The translations under genes were made by a program, and so were the position numbers. A model generated the notes under the pieces. It ran no database searches, had not been told where the DNA came from, and saw only the letters and a program-made list of their open reading frames with translations. Positions 61,301 through 64,000 of a stretch of 64,000 nucleotides of DNA are shown here, in pieces (position 1 is the first letter of the stretch; each line of letters begins with the position of its first letter). Source of the stretch: Sedimentisphaerales bacterium (GTDB lineage Bacteria > Planctomycetota > Phycisphaerae > Sedimentisphaerales > SM23-30); NCBI GenBank assembly GCA_963663965.2, contig CAXXFK010000013.1:181469-245468 (forward strand), given 5' to 3'.

Positions 61301-64000
61301 CGGCGCGGGCGGCCGGATATTCCTGCGCTATGGATTTATGGGAGATTATACCGGCTGGTCGGCCAGTTCGGTAGCGGGCGCCAAAGGGCGGCAATATGGA
61401 CAGGATGGCACCCTGCTGGCAATCTCCAGAGATGCCATAGTGATACTTGAAATGGCTGATGAAAATGTCGAGGCCGGTGCGGCTTATACCAGTCCCGTAC
61501 CTCAGGTCATCAATGGAATCGACCCTGTGGTCTGGACCCTTGAAGAGGGTCCCGACGGAATGATTATCGATCCAGGCAGCGGTATAGTCAGCTGGGCAAC
61601 TCCGGTTGCTTCAACCACGCCGTATACCATTCATATCAGGGCAACCAATGCCGATGAATCCGGATACGATGATGAAAGCTGGCAGATCATGGTCCGGGCG
61701 ATTCCGCAGATTACGCCCATCGACAATGTCGAAATATTGCGAAACAGTAATTACAACGGTCCAGTACCGGTTATCAGCAATCTCGTCGATGCCCAGCCGG
61801 TCACCTGGCGGTTGATGAGCGGTCCGGCGGATATGACCATCAACAGCACAACCGGACAGGTAAACTGGCCCCAGGCTCGTGTGGATGGCAGTCCTTATAC
61901 GGTTACGATTCGGGCGACCAATACCGTGGGTTATTCTGAAGTCAGCTGGCAGGTTATCGTATTAGTTCCACCGATCATCGCCGATATCCCGAATGTCACG
62001 ATACCCGCCGGCATGCCTTATGAATCACCGGCACCTGTTTTACTGGAAGGCGCCGGGCAGATGACCTGGACACTGGTGGCAGGTCCGGCCGGGGCGGTCA
62101 TCGATCCGGTTAGCGGTACGGTCAGCTGGGATAATCCAACCGTGGCCGGCAGTCCACATACCGTGACAATTCGAGCGGAAAATATGGATGGATTTGACGA
62201 AGAAACCTGGACTCTGACGGTAATGGCGATTCCTCAAATTGCCCCGATGAATGACGCCGCCGTTGAAGAGGGGGGCAACTTCATCGGAACCATACCTGTG
62301 ATTACCAATGGTGCCGCCAATGTGGTCTGGTCACTGCAACAGGCTCCGGTTGGCATGTCCATTGACAATCAAACCGGCCTGGTGAGCTGGAATAACGCGT
62401 CCATAGCCGGCAGTCCATACGAGGTGATTATCAAAGCCTGTAACACCGTCGGGTGCGGCACGGTCCGTTTCAATCTGACTGTTACTCTGGGTCAGCCGGT
62501 AATTGGCGATATTGCCAATCAGTATGTTGCGGTTGGCAGCGTATATACCGGTCCGCGACCGAACCTGATCTATGGGGATAGCGATATTGTCTGGGATCTG
62601 GTTTTTGGTCCGGAGGGCATGACAATCGATCCTGCGACTGGGATCGTTTCCTGGCCGGTCGTTGAAATGGAGGGCAGTCCTCATACCGTGACGATCAGCG
62701 CCACCAACTCAGAAGGTACCGATTATGAAAACTGGCAATTAATTGTGGTACAGGCGCCAGAAGTCGCTCCGCTTAACAATGAAACCGTGACCGAGGGGAT
62801 TTTGTATCAAAGTCCTATTCCTCAACTGGTCGAACAGACGTTTGTCGCCTGGTCGTTGGTGCAAGGTCCCAGCGGTATGACCATCAACAGCCAGACGGGT
62901 CAGGTGACCTGGTCCAAACCGCGTCTGGAAAACAGCCCTTATACGATTCGAATCCAGGCTGCCAATGCGGCCGGTACCAGTCAGATCAGCTGGCAATTGA
63001 CGGTATTGCCGACACCGCCGTCGATCGCTCCCATGGCGGACGACTATTTTGTCGAACATACCTTTTTTGTCGGCGTGAAGCCAACGCTGACGCAGGGTAC
63101 CACCCCTATCGAATGGTCTTTAATTTCTGCCCCAACCGGCATGACCATTAATAACGCCAATGGCGTAGTGACCTGGCAAAATCCTGTTCGGAGCGCCAAT
63201 CCCTATACGATTACAATGAAAGCCACCAATGCTTCAGGCAGCGACCAGACTTCCTGGCTGCTTAAGCCGCTGGAGGCTCCCGATATTGCCCCGATCGACG
63301 ATCAGGATGTCGTGGCCGCCATCGCATGGCAGGGTCCAACCCCGATCCTTACGGTGGATACTCGGGTATCCTGGGCGTTGATTACCGCGCCTGAGGGCCT
63401 GATCATTGATACGGCGACCGGCAAGGTCAGCTGGGCAAATCCGGTCAAAGACGGCAGTCCTCATGAAGTGACCATTCAGGCGGCGCAATACCCTTGGCAC
63501 TGATACCGAAACGTTTTATCTGTTTGTCAGCGCCCCGCCGAAAATCGTTTCGATCGATGATCAACAAATACCGGACGATGAACCCTATACCGGGCCTACA
63601 CCTGAGATTTCAGTAGGGATTTTGCCGATCAGCTGGTCATTAATTGACGGGCCTGAAAATCTGACTATCGATCCCAATACCGGTGTGGTTGAATGGGCCG
63701 AACCTGTTTATTCCACCCAGCCCTGGCGCGTGAAAATCCGGGCGACCAATGCCGATGGTTTTGGCGAAGAGGTCTGGTATCTGATCGTGATGAAGAAACC
63801 GGTTATCACGGCGATTGCCGATCAGACCATTCCGGGGGGGCAGCCTTCTTATGTTGGTCCGATTCCAACCCTTGAATCCGGCTCCTCACCGATCACCTGG
63901 AAATTGATCGAAGGTCCATCGGGCATGACGATCGATTCGCAGACTGGAGCGGTGATCTGGTATAATCCCACCCATGTCTGCAGTCCGCATGTGATTATGA
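58316..64000 (+). CDS. Giant secreted surface protein (PA14-like domain, Gly-rich repeats, at least 11 putative Ig/He_PIG-like repeats); two frameshifts; truncated by window end
   Basis: Signal peptide; GSDDGF; repeated GGGSGGSI/GGGGRIA units; ~88-aa repeats 'W.L..GP.GM.ID..TG.VSW..P'; extra bases at ~60470 (GGTTTCG) and ~63486 join ORFs 58316-60487, 60474-63503 and an open frame 63487-64000. Confidence 0.85.

Overview
A 64-kb bacterial chromosomal window. The 16S rRNA signatures and gene content (many sulfatases, a prepilin/H-X9-DG protein, PEP-CTERM proteins, a giant BlaI/M56 pair, topoisomerase VI) point to a Planctomycetota, probably class Phycisphaerae; this is an inference. It holds about 33 protein genes: housekeeping genes (uppP, pgpA, top6B, lepB, HtrA, tricorn protease, Hcy methyltransferase), five Cys-type sulfatases, GH2, PhoD and a giant Ig-repeat surface protein that runs off the right end. 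It also carries a stand-alone 16S rRNA gene with its own promoters and terminator. Genes at 13.4-22.6 kb and 58-64 kb carry many single-base frameshifts, from sequencing error or decay. The strongest leads are: (1) an FGE/C-type-lectin-fold protein whose last 38 codons look like a diversity-generating retroelement (DGR) variable region, with no RT or template repeat in the window; (2) a near-consensus promoter that would drive a ~870-nt structured, repeat-array leader into an uncharacterised 'ANRRNAQKSTGP' family gene; (3) a co-oriented M50-like protease, ECF sigma, small anti-sigma and signal peptidase I cluster; (4) nested REP-like mosaics and a recurring intergenic TAAS-N17-STTA motif. I found no CRISPR array, tRNA, transposase or integrase.
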